Shown here: one piece after another, positions 25,985 through 39,935 of the stretch | How positions within the stretch are numbered: position 1 is the stretch's first letter | Layout of the letters: each line of letters starts with the position of its first letter | From: Malacoraja senta | Lineage: Eukaryota | NCBI GenBank assembly: GCA_038087875.1 | Contig: CM075987.1 | Coordinates: forward strand, 27,468,001-27,532,000 | Reading direction: 5' to 3' | Length of the DNA stretch: 64,000 nt | Notes under the pieces: model-generated | What the model was told of the DNA's origin: nothing | Seen by the model: only the letters and a program-made list of their open reading frames with translations | Database searches by the model: none | Program-made: the position numbers and the translations under genes

Positions 25985-26270
25985 TGAAGGGGGGGGGGAG
26001 GGAACGAGAGGGGGGGTGGGAGCTTCGAACGTCCTGATGCGGGGGCTTCGACCGCGGGAGAATAAAAGAGGAAGAAGTTCGGACTTTATTGCCTTCCATC
26101 ACAGTGAGGAACGTGGGGAATCTGCTGTGGTGGATGTTTATGGTAACTTTTATGTAGTTGCGTGTCTTGTTGCTTTTGTTTTAGTATGGCCTGATGGTAA
26201 TTTGAATTTCACTGTACCTTAATTGGTACATGTGACCATAAACTGACCATGAAACATTGAAACCTTGAAC
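25985..26270 (+). mobile_element. SINE-like element with central hairpin and Rex1-type tail
   Basis: tgccttccatcacagtg...ctgctgtggtggatg core; tail tttcactgtaccttaattggtacatgtgaccataaa. Confidence 0.6.
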
Positions 26271-28924
26271 TAAAACAGGGATGACCATAATTTTTGGACT
26301 TAAGGGAATTTTTCCAAATGTTTGGAACTAAGATAATTTTCATGCATGCATTTTCAGGTCGCATGCAAGGCGACCTTCCCGACTGACATTCTGTCTGAGA
26401 TGCAGAGGGATACTGGTAGGAGATGATTTCACCGCTCAATAACTTGTCCTTCTGAGTCTATCCACAGCACGGAAGCACTTGGTCAGATTTTATCAAAATG
26501 AGGGTGGCACTGGTGAGGTTCCAAAGAGAGTGTTCTTTAAACATTGGCAGCTGTTTGCAACAACTGCGGAATTAATAATGGGCTTAAAAGTCAACCACAT
26601 CAGTGTGTGAAGGAGTCTTGCCCCCAAATGATCTCAGTAAACCTGTTGTAATCTCCGAGCTGTGTCACAGCTTCAATTTCATTATTATTCACAGCAACCT
26701 ATTTCCAGATTTGATGAAACGATATTCACATTTAGAAACTTGGACCATGTTTTCTAAAGTATTTAGACCAGATCTGTGGTCCAAGTGATATTGTTATGAT
26801 GCTACCATTTCCAATATTTCAGAAATGTGAGACATGACTTCACTTGCACATAACATCTCAGTTACGCATGCTTTGATCAGCTGAAGAAGTGCCAAGGATG
26901 ATATCCTGAAAAAGGACACACTACACTGACAGTAGTCCAAGCAATGCTGGCCATGAGGCCACAGGTCACTGTATGAACATGTACACTGACCAAATGTGGA
27001 GGAAGGAACTGCAGATGCTGGTTTACACCGAAGATAGACACCAAATGCTGGAGTAACTCAGCGGGACAGGCAGCATCTCTGGAGAGAAGGAATGGGTGAC
27101 GTTTCAGGTCGAGACTCTTCTTCAGACAGCAGAGGGGACTCGACCTGAAACGTCACCCATTCCTTCTCTCCAGGGACAGGCAGCATCTCTGGAAAGGAAT
27201 GGGAAGCTGACCATCCGGTCCACTAATATAGTAATGTCCACATTGGGAACAATATACAACAAGATTCACCAAATGCTGGAATTGTGATGGACAAGAGAAA
27301 GATAGGGCAGAAGATTCAGGTGATTAAGGAATGTTGGGGCACACATTTATCTGTTTCCCTCTGAAAATACAGATTTCAGCAAAGCCACAAGGGAAGGATT
27401 GTACATTTTTGGTGAGTCCACATGAGCAAATTGAATTTTGAGATCAGTTGGGGTGAGACTAAGACAACGTGGGACTTTTGCCATCTCAATCCTTTGTCAG
27501 TAAATTATGACTTACACCATGACATCATCCTCAGTCTCTAAAACCCAATGAGAACATAACTCTCTCTAACTTTAAGAATGCAGCATGTCTCTCTTGGACC
27601 ATGTCACTGGCAGAGTTATACCTTCAATCAAAAATGGAAAGAAAATACTTTCCATTTAGATCCTGCCCCCTCACAAATCCTGACTCATCCCACTTGAATG
27701 TATCTTATTGTTGGGAATGGAATCCATCCTCTTGAATGGGACTTATCACAAGAATGTGACTTGTCCAAGCTCAGCTAACCAGATTGGAAAAGATGACTTA
27801 ATCAAAGGCTAGCTGATGCCAGAGTGCACTACAAAAGGGTTAGTCATATTTTGAGAGTGACTATATTGGACATATGATAAGCCAGACACTGGTAGTGGAT
27901 ATGCAATTAGATCATTTGCATTCTGCTTTTGGTTCCTTTACGACTACTGTTTGTAAGACTAATTATTATAAATGACGTTAGAAGATTATTTTTCACGTGC
28001 ACCCTTTCCATTATCTCAACGTGATTCACTGCGGTTGTTTCCTTTGCCCAGGATGGGCCTCACTAATCATAGTGTGTTGGAAGGAACTGCAGATGCTGGT
28101 TTACACCAAAGACAGACACAAAATGCTGGAGCAACTCAACAGGTCAGGCAGCATCTCTGAAGAACATGGATAGGTGGCATATCGGGTCAAGACCTTTCCT
28201 CAGGTTTGCAGTATGAAGAAGCCTTGCAGCCTTGATCCGAAACATCACCAATCCATGTTCTCCAGAGATGTTGCCTAGCCCGCCGAGTTACAACACCACT
28301 TTGTGTCCTTTTGTGTATTTGCCAGGATCTGCAGTTCCTTGTTTCTACATGATTATTGGTGGGCTTTGACACTAACTATTAGGCACTGATCCGCACAATC
28401 GTTTTAGTTTAGTTGAGTTTAATTTATTGTCAAGTGTACTGAGGTACAGTGAAACGCTTTTTGTTGTGTTTTATCCAGTCAGAAGACAATAGATGATTAC
28501 AATCGAGCCGTCCACAGTGTAAAGATAAAGGATAAAGGGATTAAGGTTTAGTGCAAGATAAAGTTCAGTAAACCTATCTTCAGTTTAAGAATAAGGGGTG
28601 TTATTTAGAATGGAGAAGAGGAAACACAGAGAGTTATGAGTCTATGGAATTCTCTGCCTCAGCGGGCGGTGGAGGCTGGTTCTCTGGATACTTTCAAGAG
28701 GGCTCTTGAAGATAGCGGTCAGGGGATATGGGGAGAAGGCAGGAACGGGGTATTGATTGTGGATGATCAGCCATGGTCACATTGAATGGCAGTGCTGGCT
28801 TGAAGGGCCGAATGGCCTACTCCTGCACCTATTGTCTGTTGTAAACACAGATTGAAGATAGTCCGAGGGTCTCCAATCTTCATTACACTCTTGTTATGAC
28901 TTCCTCTGCTTTGTCATTGCAGAA

Positions 28925-29235
28925 TTACAATACGATAAAACATTATTCATCCTCAGAGTGAAATGTGTCTGCTGACAGTCACAACACACGAGGGACACAA
29001 ACACTTGAAATTAAAAGTGAAAACAAAAAGAAAAAGACAAGCGACTATTGGCCGGCTGCCGTGTGCACAGCGCCTTCACCGGAACGAACGAACGAACAAA
29101 CAAACGAACGAACGCAGGCTTATCCCCTGGACAGAGGATTCTAAACTATAGTGCTCCCCCCCTCCCCCACACCGGGCCCCCCTTTGTTCTCATGTCCCTC
29201 ACAGCGGTCCCTCCACGCCAGGTCCCCATTGTTCT
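28925..29235 (-). mobile_element. Unclassified non-LTR/SINE 3' portion
   Basis: Minus strand ends ...atttcactctgaggatgaataatgttttatcgtattgtaatt; internal (AACG)n; GC-rich 5' part. Confidence 0.4.
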
Positions 29236-30629
29236 TCACATTGCCATTGGCGTAAGTAGAAAGCAAACTACCAAATGGGTGCATTTGAGAACGTGAACCC
29301 CACTCAGTGGCAACATGTTGCCTCGACATTTCTAGCTGCAACTTGAGCATGCTGCACCTGCAAATGGATGGATTGGATGTAGTTTAAAACAGTGGGCGGA
29401 GATCCGTGGCCAATGCAAGTGGCTCAGAATGGAACAATAGCTACAAGCTCTGGGGGAGGTGCACATGTGCTATCAAAAGCAGAGGTCTACTAATGGATTA
29501 GGGACGCTGAATCTGTGACTGCCCTCCTCCACCTTCCATTAAATAACTTTAAGTATCTTCAATTTGTTTTTAAGTTATACATTTTAATTATTTATGAGCA
29601 TTTACTTCAAATGTCATAATTTTCACAGACCTTTCTTTCATTCATTCGCAGGATCTGGATGTTGCCTGTTCGGTAGCCAGAAACGTGGCGACACTTGTGT
29701 ACTGCTGAGGTGAGGTCTGCTGTATGATTTTACTGGGTTGTTGTGCAAAACAAAGAATTTCATTGTACCTAGGTACCATTCCCTGCAAGAACCAGATAGG
29801 CACAAAGTGCTGGAGTAACTCAGCGGGTCAGGCAGCATCTCTGGAGAAAAGGAATAAGTAATGCTTTGGGTCGAGATCCTTCTTCATTCATCCTGGTGGT
29901 TGCAATGGTGATAAGAACATCTTTAATCCAGATTTATTATTAATTGTTGGAATTTAATTCTGTGCCATGAGATTGGATTACTAGTTTGAATTACTGGTGC
30001 GGACTCAGTGGATCGAAGAGCCTGTTTCCACGCTGTATCTCTAAACTCCCTAAACTAAACTAAATTCAGAGTTCCGGAGGCGTGAAGATTTCAACAGTTC
30101 AGAAGTACTTAGTCGAAGTTTAGAGAACAAACTAGCAACAGTACCTAGAGGTTATCATGGGATCTAATTATATTTTTCCGATCTAGACTTGTATTGGCAA
30201 GGAAAGCAGCTTTAAAATTGTCCAGTGCATCTAAAAGATAATCGAAACAGGCAAGGGAATTCAAACTAGTAATCCAATCGCATGGCACAGAAGCCGATAG
30301 CAAATCTCCGTCACATGCAAATCCTACAATTACTGCTCTATAATTCTCATAAGGTTTTTGGTTACCAGATTATATATGACAGAAAACTCTCCATTGTAAC
30401 TGAATCTGCTCAGGTTTGTCAGTATGCAAAGGGTGAGTGGGATTGGCGTTTAACAACATATTTTGTGTCTTGGGCCAGATAGCTTTCATCTAATTGAGAA
30501 GTAGAATTTGATAACTGTTATAAATACAATTTGATACAGTTGATACGATACCATGATTATATGTTTGGAATCGGCATATATCTGACATTATCCCAGCCTG
30601 CCTGTCATGACTGATATGGTAGAGCAAAC

Positions 30630-30730
30630 ATATTTCGCGTGGGCAGCTTACAACCCAGTGGTATGAATATTGATTTCTCTAACTTCAAGTAACCCCTGCA
30701 TTCCTTCTCTCTCCATCCCTCCCCCACCCA
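30630..30730 (+). mobile_element. Penelope-like (Neptune-type) ORF C-terminus and start of pLTR
   Basis: 30630-30692 encodes IFRVGSLQPSGMNIDFSNFK*, the I..L.(T/S)..P.G.N end motif of PLE GIY-YIG endonucleases; abuts an inverted pLTR piece (30730-30813). Confidence 0.75.
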
Positions 30731-31136
30731 AGATAGACACAAAATGCTGGAGTTACTCAGCGGGTCAGGCAGCATCTCTGGAGAGAAGGAATGGGTGATG
30801 TTTCAGGTCAAGACTGTACTTTCCAAGTTCTTAAACTGATTCTAAATCCTTAATCTGCTCTGATGGAATGTGAATTGCGATAGTCTGGATTAGTGGCTCC
30901 TGTATTACTAATCCACTGGCAACTCACTTCAGCAGTTGCTCTATGGGACCCTCACCCATCAGTACAGACAATCATCTCTGTCTGCAGTTCCCTGTCAAGC
31001 TGTTCTTTAACTTTAGACATTCTTTACTCTTTAACTTTGGATGAATTTGAACGTAACTCACTCTGCCAATCATCTGAAGAAATGCATTCCCAAGTTTGCA
31101 TTCCGATGTGCCACCATGCCACCAATGGGTACACAT

Positions 31137-31456
31137 GGGCGGCATGGTGGCACAGTGGTAGAGTTGCTGCCTTAGAGCGTACAGCAGCAGAGACCCGGGT
31201 TCCATCCTGACTACGGGTGCTGTCTGTATGGAGGTTGTACCTTCTCCCCGTGACCTGCGTGGGTTTTCTCCAAGATCTTCGGTTTCCACCCAACCTCCAA
31301 AGATGTACAGGTTTGTGCGTCATGATCTAAATGTAAAAAAATTAAAATTGTCCTTAATGTGTGTAGGGGATTGGGTGATTTAATATGCGGGGATAGCTGG
31401 TCGGTGCGGACTCGGTGGGCTGAAGGGCCTGTTTCTGCACTGTACCTCTAAACTAA
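31137..31456 (+). mobile_element. HE1-type SINE
   Basis: Full-length. Confidence 0.9.
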
Positions 31457-32611
31457 TCATGCTTTCTGCAAGTTGTCAATGTTTGCCCTGAACTCTTCCT
31501 TGGTTTAGAATACAAGAATCACACTCTGACTATGTGACTGATGCAGACTCCATCACTTTGAAGCAACCTCCCTCTTCTCGACTGTGCCACCACCACCATC
31601 CGGCAGCAAGAAGTACACAGGACTTTGCTTTTTTAGCTCAAGATCCCAGCGTCTGCAGTGTCTTGTGTCTCCCACGTACTACAATCAAGAATCTATCTAT
31701 CTCTGCCTTAAACATATCCACTGACCTGGCCTCCACAGCCTTCTGTGGCAAAGCATTGCACAGATTCACCACCCTCTGACTGTCGGAGATGTGTTGAGGA
31801 GGCTGCTTGAGTGTGCCGGGTGGTTGGATGTGGGAAACTCTACTTTGCAACCTCCATGAAAGTATCCAGCCAGAATTAGCAAGCGGCTCTGTCCAGAGCC
31901 TGCTTCTGATCTAAAATGAACGTTAATCAAAGCTGTACGGTATAACTGACATATTTTAATACAATCCTTGAATTCAGTCTGCAATATTGGCTCACTGTCT
32001 TGCTGCTGTAACAGTTCAGGATAAACCTTATATACAGATCCCTGGGGGATAGAATACTGAAAGGACCAAGCTTCTCCAGGCCAAATTTTTTTAATACTTT
32101 AAATCCTTTGGGATACATTTACAAAAGAATAGAGTACATCTTGAGGTCAAATTATAAGCTGTACAAGAGGGTAATACTGTTCTATCTGGAACAGTGCATG
32201 CTTGTGAAAGTCTACTTCTCCTTGTCCGTCTGTAACCAGTAATTGAATATAAATAGCTCTGAATTCCCAGGGGATAAATTGGAGCTGCCGATATTAGCAT
32301 ATACACAAGCAAGTTAACACTGTGCTAATACATACAGTGAGAGCGTGCACAACAAGGTCAAGCGGTGGAGTTACACATTATTGCATTGCCACCTTAATGA
32401 CGATTTATTCCTGGGATGGAGCAGTCACTGGGAACGGGCGGTATTTATTGCTTGATGTTTGATGCCCTGACAACAACCAAATGGCTGGTGCAGGCGCCGG
32501 GCTGCTCTTGATGAAGAGGGGTGTGAGTTTCCGGAGAGGAGGGGTCTTGTTTCTGCTCCTGCAATTGCGATGTTCTCTCCTCCACCTCCCCCATGCTACA
32601 TCTCTGCACAT

Positions 32612-32932
32612 GGGGCGGCATGGTGGCACAGCGGTAGAGTAGCTGCCTTAGCGCCAGAGACCCAGGTTCGATCCTGATAACCAATGCTGTCTGTACGGAG
32701 TTTGTACGTTCTCCCCGTGACCTGCGTGGGTTTTCTCCGGGAGCTCCAGTTTCCTCCCACACTCCAAAGACGTACAAGTTTATAGATTAATTGGCTTTGG
32801 TAAAATTGTAAATTGTCCCTAGTGTGTGTAGGATAGTGTTAGTGTGCGGGGATCGCTGGTCGGCGCGGACTCAGTGGGCCGAAGGGCCTGTTTCCGTGCT
32901 GTATCTCTAAACTGAACTAAACCAAACTAAAC
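32612..32932 (+). mobile_element. HE1-type SINE, near-consensus full-length copy
   Basis: Box A ggtggcacagcgg, box B ggttcgatcc, V-domain, HER1-like tail gggccgaagggcctgtttccgtgctgtatctctaaactgaactaaac. Confidence 0.92.
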
Positions 32933-33575
32933 AGGGGGGACAGCCATCTTCTGAAATGCAACATCTCTCTATGCATGAGGGTGGTGAAGAAGGTTTTTGC
33001 TACGGTAACTTTCATCAGTCAGGGTGTTGAGTATAGATTCAGTTTCAGTTTTCGTTTATTGTCACGTGTACCGAGGTACAGTGAAAAGCTGTTGTTGCGT
33101 GCTAACCAGTCAGCGGAAAGACAATACATGATTACAATCGAGCCATTCACAGTGTACAGATACATGATAAGGGAATAACACTCAGTGCAAGGTAAAGCCA
33201 GTGAAGTCCAATCAAAGATAGTCCGAGGGTCACCAATAAAGTAGATAGTAATTCAGGACCGCTCTCTAGTTGTTAGTAGGGTGGTTCAGTTGCCTGATGT
33301 GCAGACCAAAGATGTGCAGGTTTGTAGTTTAATTGGCTGTTGTAAATTGCCCCTGGTGTTTAGGATAGTACCAGTTTTCTGGGTGATCGCTGGTCGGCAC
33401 AAATCTGTGAGCTGAAGGGCCTGTTTCCACACTGTATCTCTAAACTAAACCAGAGTCAAAATGTACAAGATGTTGATGAGGCTGGCCGCATTTGGAATCT
33501 GGTGTTCAGTTTTGGTCAGCCTACTGTAGCAAGGAAGGCACTAAGCTGGAACAAGTGCAGAAATGATTTACAAGG

Positions 33576-33670
33576 TACACAAAAATGCTGGAGAAACTCA
33601 GCGGGTGCAGCAGCATCTATGGAGCGAAGGAAATAGGCAACGTTTCGGGCCGAAACCCTTCTTCAGACTG
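33576..33670 (-). mobile_element. Short Penelope/hammerhead insertion (subfamily B), 13-bp TSD
   Basis: atgatttacaagg at 33563-33575 and 33671-33683; inserted in an old CR1 fragment. Confidence 0.85.
33636..33670 (-). ncRNA. Minimal type-I hammerhead ribozyme motif, intact subfamily-B copy
   Basis: cagt-CTGAAGA-a-GGGT(TTCG)GCCC-GAAA-C-GTT-gcc; UUCG-capped stem II, AACGTT palindrome. Confidence 0.72.
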
Positions 33671-35799
33671 ATGATTTACAAGGATCTTGCCAGGGCTTGT
33701 GGACCTGAGCTATAGGACGGTATTATTAATAACAATCCACAGCTGTGTCAAATTAAGGAGCATTATTTTGACAAAACGATAATGTGCATGTTGTTGTCGG
33801 ATAGAACATTAGGACGTCGCCATAATAACTGTAGATGCGTTTGTACATGATCTTGTCCTGCCCAAAGTAGGATCATGTGTGTCTCCTCAATTGACACGCA
33901 CTGCTCCAAAATGTGGTCAGTGATTAATGATGATTGGAAACATTACACTTGGGAATTGTTGTGAAATGTATCTCCCCTCAGGCACCAGTTGGATATGATT
34001 TTGCTTCTGCTGTTGAGGTACCAAAGATTCTCGGTTAGCTTTTCACCAAATGGTGACACGTTATCAGAGGTAGAGCTGCTGCCTCACAGCGCCAGAGACC
34101 CAGGTTCGATCCTGATGACGGGTGCTGTCTGTACGGAGGTTGTACTTTCTCCCCGTGACTCACGTGGGTTTTCTGCAGGTGCTCCGGTTTCATCCCACAC
34201 ACCAAAGACGTGCAGGTTTGTAGACTAATTTTGCCTAGTGTGTAGGATATTGTTTGTGTGCGTGGATCACTGGTTGGTGTGGACTTGGTGGGCTGAAGGG
34301 CCTGTTTCCGTGCTGTATCTCTAAACTAAAGCTGAGAAGGTGCTACAATTTAATTGAACTGATATCCCAATTGGCAACTATTCAGCTCCATTGTACGGTG
34401 ATCCTAGCCTAATTTTGTTTGGCATTGTAATCAACGTAAGTCTAGGATTCATTCTGTAATTAAATTCACTCATAACCTGTAAGCATTGGAGGCAAGGCCA
34501 GCCCATGCACGAGGTACAAGTGTGAAAACTCACGCCTCCAGATTCAGGAACAGTTTCTTCCCAGCTATTAACAGGCAACTGAACCATCCTCCCATCAACT
34601 AGCGAGCGGTCCCATCCTCATTGGAGACTTTTGAACTATCTTTAATCAGAATCTATTGGACTTTACCTTGCACTAAATGTTGTACCTTTGTACTTCACCT
34701 GTGCCCTGTGCATGGCTTGATTGTAAACATGAATAGTCTTTACTTGACTGGATAGCACACAAACAAAAGCTTTTCACTGTTCCTCGGTACAAGTGACAAT
34801 AATAAACTAAACTAACCTTTAATTGCCCTCAAGAAAGTGATGGTGGCGGTGAACTGCTTTGACAGGAGGTGAGGATGGAATGTTATAGAATGGACGGACA
34901 GCCTGTACACCCGTTCCATACAACCCCGATCCTTCAGAAGGTAGACAAAAATGCTGGAGAAACTCAGCGGGTGAGGCAGCATCTATGGAGCGAAGGAAAT
35001 AGGCAACATTTTGGGCCGAAACCCTTCTTCAGACACCTTCCAATTCAGACCCAGATCCAATCCTTCAGACCCAGTAACATACATATAACTCCTTTTCTGA
35101 TTGCAGGCAATGTTACATAGAGCATAGAACAGTACAGTACAGGAACAGGCCCTTCGGCCCACCATGTCTGTGCTGAACATAATGCCAGAGTCTAGTGTGT
35201 TTTGTTGCCATAAGTACCAAAATGGAACAGTAAAATTCTTACTTCTTACAATTAAATAAATGAATAAAAACAATATTTTGCAAAAACCAAACAAGGCCCA
35301 AGGTCTCCAGTGCAACCAAGGGTAGTTCGTAGTTCAGAGTTTAGTTGGAGTTCGTAGTTCAACAGCCTGATGGGTTTTTTTCCTTTTTTTTGATGATCTC
35401 GGCTAATTCAGGGCTGGCGTTCAGGGTTCTATAATCATCTTGCTCTTCCATCAGTTAGTCATTGAAAGTTTATATCTTCCTGGAGTTTGTCTTGTGGGAC
35501 TCCAGGGTCAGATCCCAACCAGGGTGACGTGTCTTTCCATGAGCTTGAAGATGGCCATTACTCTTCATGTGTTACGATGAAGACATGCCTGACACGGGCA
35601 ATGTTTGCTCCTGGAAGGTCCATGTGGTTTTAATGTTTTCACAGATGTACATAAAAACTACATGTTAACATTTTAACAGGGATAGTTACAGGAAAAGCTC
35701 TCCTAATAACATGACTCCCTTGGTTCAGCTGGACTCTCATCTGTGAGTCTGTACACTGGGGGTAAAATCCCTCTTCAGAGACTTATCTTGGCTCATACT

Positions 35800-36070
35800 T
35801 CAGTTTAGTTTAGAGATACAGCACAGAAACAGGCCCTTCGGCCCACCGAGTCCGTGCCGTCCAGCGATCCCCGTACACTTGCAATATCCTACACACACTA
35901 GGGACAATTTACAATTATAGCAAGCCAATTTACCTACAAACCTGCACGTCTTTGATGTGGGAGGAAACTGGAGCTCCCCGGAGAAAACCCACGCAGGTCA
36001 CAGGGAGAACGTACAAACTCCATGCAGACAGCACCCGTGATCAGAATCGAACCAGGTCTCTGGCGCTGTC
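35800..36070 (-). mobile_element. HE1-type SINE (5' end clipped)
   Basis: Body and tail match. Confidence 0.85.
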
Positions 36071-36074
36071 ACTG

Positions 36075-36442
36075 ATTGTAAGCGACCTTCACTAATCTTT
36101 TCCCTTTTACAAATCTAAAGAAGCTTTTAGAGTCAGTTTTTATATTCCCCGCAAGCTTTCCTTCATGCTCTTTTTTCCCCTTTTGTCCTCCTCTGTTGAG
36201 TTCTAAATTTCTCCCACTCCTCCGGGTTGCTGCTTCCTCTGACCACACTTATATGCCTTTCCCTTGGATTTAATACTATCCTTGATTTCCCGCATTAGTC
36301 ACGGTTGAGCCGCCTTCCCCGTTTTGTCTTTTCGCCAGACAGGGATGAACAATTTTTGGAGTTCATCCATGCTGTCTTTAAATCTTTGCCATTGCATCTC
36401 CACCGTCAACCCATTAAGTATAATTTGCCAGTCTATCCTAGA
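36075..36442 (-). mobile_element. CR1 ORF2 internal (EN-RT linker) fragment
   Basis: IDWQIILNGLTVEMQWQRFKDSMDELQKLFIPV...AQP, then ...NIKTDSKSFFRFVKGKR. Confidence 0.75.
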
Positions 36443-36685
36443 CTGACTACGGTGCTGTCTGTATGGAGTTTGTATGTTCTCCCTGTGTCTGTGTAGTTTT
36501 CTCTGGGTGCTCCAGTTTCTTCCCACACTTCAAAGATGTACAGGCTTGTAGGTTCATTGGCTTTGGTCAAATTGTAAATTGTCCCTTGTGTGTAGGATAG
36601 TGTTAATGTGCGGAGTGATCGCTGCTTGGCGTGGACTCGGTGGGCCAAAGGGCATATTTCCATGCTGTATCTCTAAAGTCTAAAG
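36443..36685 (+). mobile_element. HE1-type SINE (5' end clipped)
   Basis: Body and tail match. Confidence 0.85.
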
Positions 36686-36791
36686 ACCCAAAACGTCACC
36701 TATCCATGTTCTCCAGAGATGCTGCCTGACCTGCTGAGTTACGCCAGCACTTTGCGTCCTTTTGTGTATTAATCAACATCTGTAGTTCTTT

Positions 36792-36972
36792 GTAGGAAGG
36801 AACCGAAGATAGACACAAAAAGCTGGAGTAACTCAGCAGGTCAGACAGCATCTCTGGAGAAAAGGAATGGGTGACCCATCTTCAGGGTCTCGACCCGAAA
36901 CCTCACCTATTCCTTCCCTCCACAGATGCTGTCTGACCTGCTGAGTTACTCCAGCATTTGGTGTCTATCTTC
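36792..36972. mobile_element. Penelope/hammerhead inverted pair nested in an older Penelope tail
   Basis: Arms share the ggtcagacagcatct variant; agttctt repeated at the flanks. Confidence 0.75.
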
Positions 36973-38591
36973 AGTTCTTTGTTTCTACCTTCAACTCACT
37001 GGGCTGTGGGGTGAAATAAGTAGTCACCACCATCTCATTGCAAACACTATCTGAAATGCACAAAATGCTTCATTACCATCCAGGAAGAACATCCTGTTTA
37101 ATATATTGACTTTTGATGTGCTGCCAGTGTATTGATCAGTGTTTTAAACAGTAATAAATAGTAAAACAGAGTCTGAAGAATGGTCTCGACCTGAAACGTT
37201 ATCCATTCCTTCTCTCCAGAGATGTTGCCTGGCCCGCTGAGTTACTCCAGCACTTTGTGTCTATCTTCGGTGTAAACCAGCATCTGCAGTTCCTTCCTAC
37301 ACAGTAATTAATATGCTTTATATACAGGAATCTAAGAGCGTGCGGGAGTGTAGAAACACTGTAAGTGCAGCTGACAGTGTGAAGAAAGCCAGATGTCACA
37401 GAGCTCACTGAAACCAATTGTCATGCTGCCACTGCCTCCTTTAAAAGGTCAGCTGGCTCATTGCTGCCTTGGCTGCTACTTTAATGGGACTGTTTACACT
37501 CACAATTCTCATGAATCCAGGAAAAGTATCACCAGCTGAATTGCCACATTCTACCTATGGAAAATACACTAAATAATCCAGAATCAGGGACAGTTTCTTT
37601 CCAGCTGTTATCAGGCAACTGAACCATGCTCTCATCAGCTGGAGTGCCGTCTGAACTCACATCTGCCTCATTGGAGACTATTGAACTGTCTTTAATTGGA
37701 CTTTATCGATCTTTATCATGCACTAAACGCTGTACCCTTTATCCTTTATATGTATACTGTGGATGGCTTGATTGTAATCATGTATAATCTTTTCTTTGAC
37801 TGGATGGCACGCAACAAAAAGCTTTTGACTGTTCCTCGGTACATGTGACAATAATAAACTAAACTAAACTAAACTAAAGGATAAACCCGTCCAGCAATGG
37901 GAGTCCGTTTTGGTGGCTAATGTTGACTCTTCCACTGAAGGGACAGGAGATTGCCCAGAGTGTGGGTAGTTGGTGAGGTGGTGTGATCCTTCTTCTACTT
38001 ACGCTCCTGACGTAATGTCTTGAGGTTTTATAAAAACCATCCTGAATGTCTCATCTCCACTGTGAGAGGTCATAGGCTAGTGATTCCCAGAACTCAATGT
38101 GGATGTGGCATTTCTTCAAGGAGGTGTTCGGTACATGCTTGAATAAGACCATAAGACCACAGGACACATGAGCAGAATTAGGCCATTTTGCCTAACGAGT
38201 GGGAGAAGGCAGGAACGAGGTACTGATTGGGGATGATCAGCCATGATCACATTGAATGGCGGTGCTGGCTTGAAGGGCCAAATGGCCTACTCCTGCACCT
38301 ATTGTCTATTGAGTCTTTTCTGCCATGGCCGATCTATTTTTCCCTCTCAACCCCATTTCCTCGTAACTTTTAACACCCTTCCTGATCAAGATCCTTTCAT
38401 TCTTGGTCTCCACAGCCATCTGCGGCAATGAATCTTTTCCTCTTGTTTGCCTGATAAACGCAGAATTTAGTGTATTTTCTAGAATTTAGTGTCAGGCAGG
38501 CAAATAACAACACCTGTGCAACGTATCTGACATGGTAACTCGGTCTTCACTTATCCAAAGAACATGAGCAGTACTAATATGTAAGGTATTA

Positions 38592-38886
38592 GAGTTTAGA
38601 GTTTAGACATACAGCGTGGCAACAGGCCCATTGGCCCACCAGCGATCTCTGTACACTAGCACTATCCTACACACTAGGGACATTTTACAATCTTTACTGA
38701 AGCCAATTAACCTACAAACCTGTACATTTTGGGATGTGACAGGAATCTGGAGCACCACCCATAGAAAATCTGCGCGGTTATGGGGAGAACGAACAAATTC
38801 CATACAGACAGCACCCGAGGTCAGGATTGAACCTGGATCTCTGGTGCTGTAAGGCAGCAACTCTACTGCTGTGCCACCGTGCCGTC
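38592..38886 (-). mobile_element. HE1-type SINE
   Basis: Full-length. Confidence 0.88.
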
Positions 38887-39551
38887 CATAAATAATCATC
38901 ATTTTAGATGATCCCCAAATCTGCAAACTGAGCTATATAGAGTCAGAGTCATAGAGTGCTACAGTGTGGAAACAGGTCCTTTGGTCCAACTTGCATGCAC
39001 TGACCAACATGTCCCATCTACACTAGACCCAACTGCCTGTGTTTGGCCCATATCCCTCTAAACCTGTCCTATCCATGTACCTGTCTAAATGTTTCTTAAA
39101 CTTTGGGATAGTCCCACCCTCAACTACCTCCTCTAGCAGCTCATTCCACGCACCCAGCACCCTTTGTGTGAAAAAGTTACCTGGCTGTTTTCAAAAGAGA
39201 GATTTAGCTCTTCGGGCTAACGGAATCAAATGATATGGGGAGAAAGCAGGAACGGGGTACTGATTTTGGATGATCAGCCATGAACATATTGATGGCGGTG
39301 CTGGCTCGAAGGGCCAAATGGCCTACTCCTGCACCTATTTTCTATGTTTCTATAGCAGCACATGAAAGAATTCAATCAGGCACTTCAATGTAGGTCATCG
39401 CACACATCTAACGTTTCCCCAGCTTCAGCGGTACATCTGGCACCATCACCAGGCACACACCATCAGTACCTGCTCTACTGGCATCAATTAGACCTCTGCA
39501 GTTCCACCCACAATCTTCACTTGAGCGCTCACAGTGCAAATGGGAACACTC

Positions 39552-39935
39552 AAGGCCTGTGGACTTCGGGAGCCGCGGTCTCCGGTAGGAAGTGGCCGAT
39601 TTGGAAGTCCAAGTCGCTGAGGATGTTCTCCCGTTCTGACGTTGGAGTTCCATACTCCGGCGAGCGGGCCTGAACATCGGGCCGCCCGTAGCGGTGACAG
39701 CGAGGGGTTCGGGAGCCCCCTGACCACGGGTGAACAACAGAGGACAACAGAGGAGGATGACTGAACTTTGGTGCCTTCCCTCACAGTGGGAAACTTTGAT
39801 TCTGCTGTGTGGGGATGCCTATGTTAAAGACTATCGTGTTCTGTGCTCTTTTTTATTCATATAGCTATTATAACGTGACCACACATTTCACTGTACCAAT
39901 TGGTACGTGACAAATAAATGTCTCTTGTCTTGTTG
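39552..39935 (+). mobile_element. GC-rich SINE-like element with central hairpin and Rex1-type tail
   Basis: CpG-rich 5' part; tgccttccctcacagtgg...ctgctgtgtggggatg; tail atttcactgtaccaattggtacgtgacaaataaa followed by (tcttg)n. Confidence 0.65.

Noticed and set aside
32612..32690. tRNA gene (and similar heads of all HE1 copies)
   Set aside because: Box A and box B run directly into the SINE body and LINE-like tail; these are tRNA-derived SINE heads
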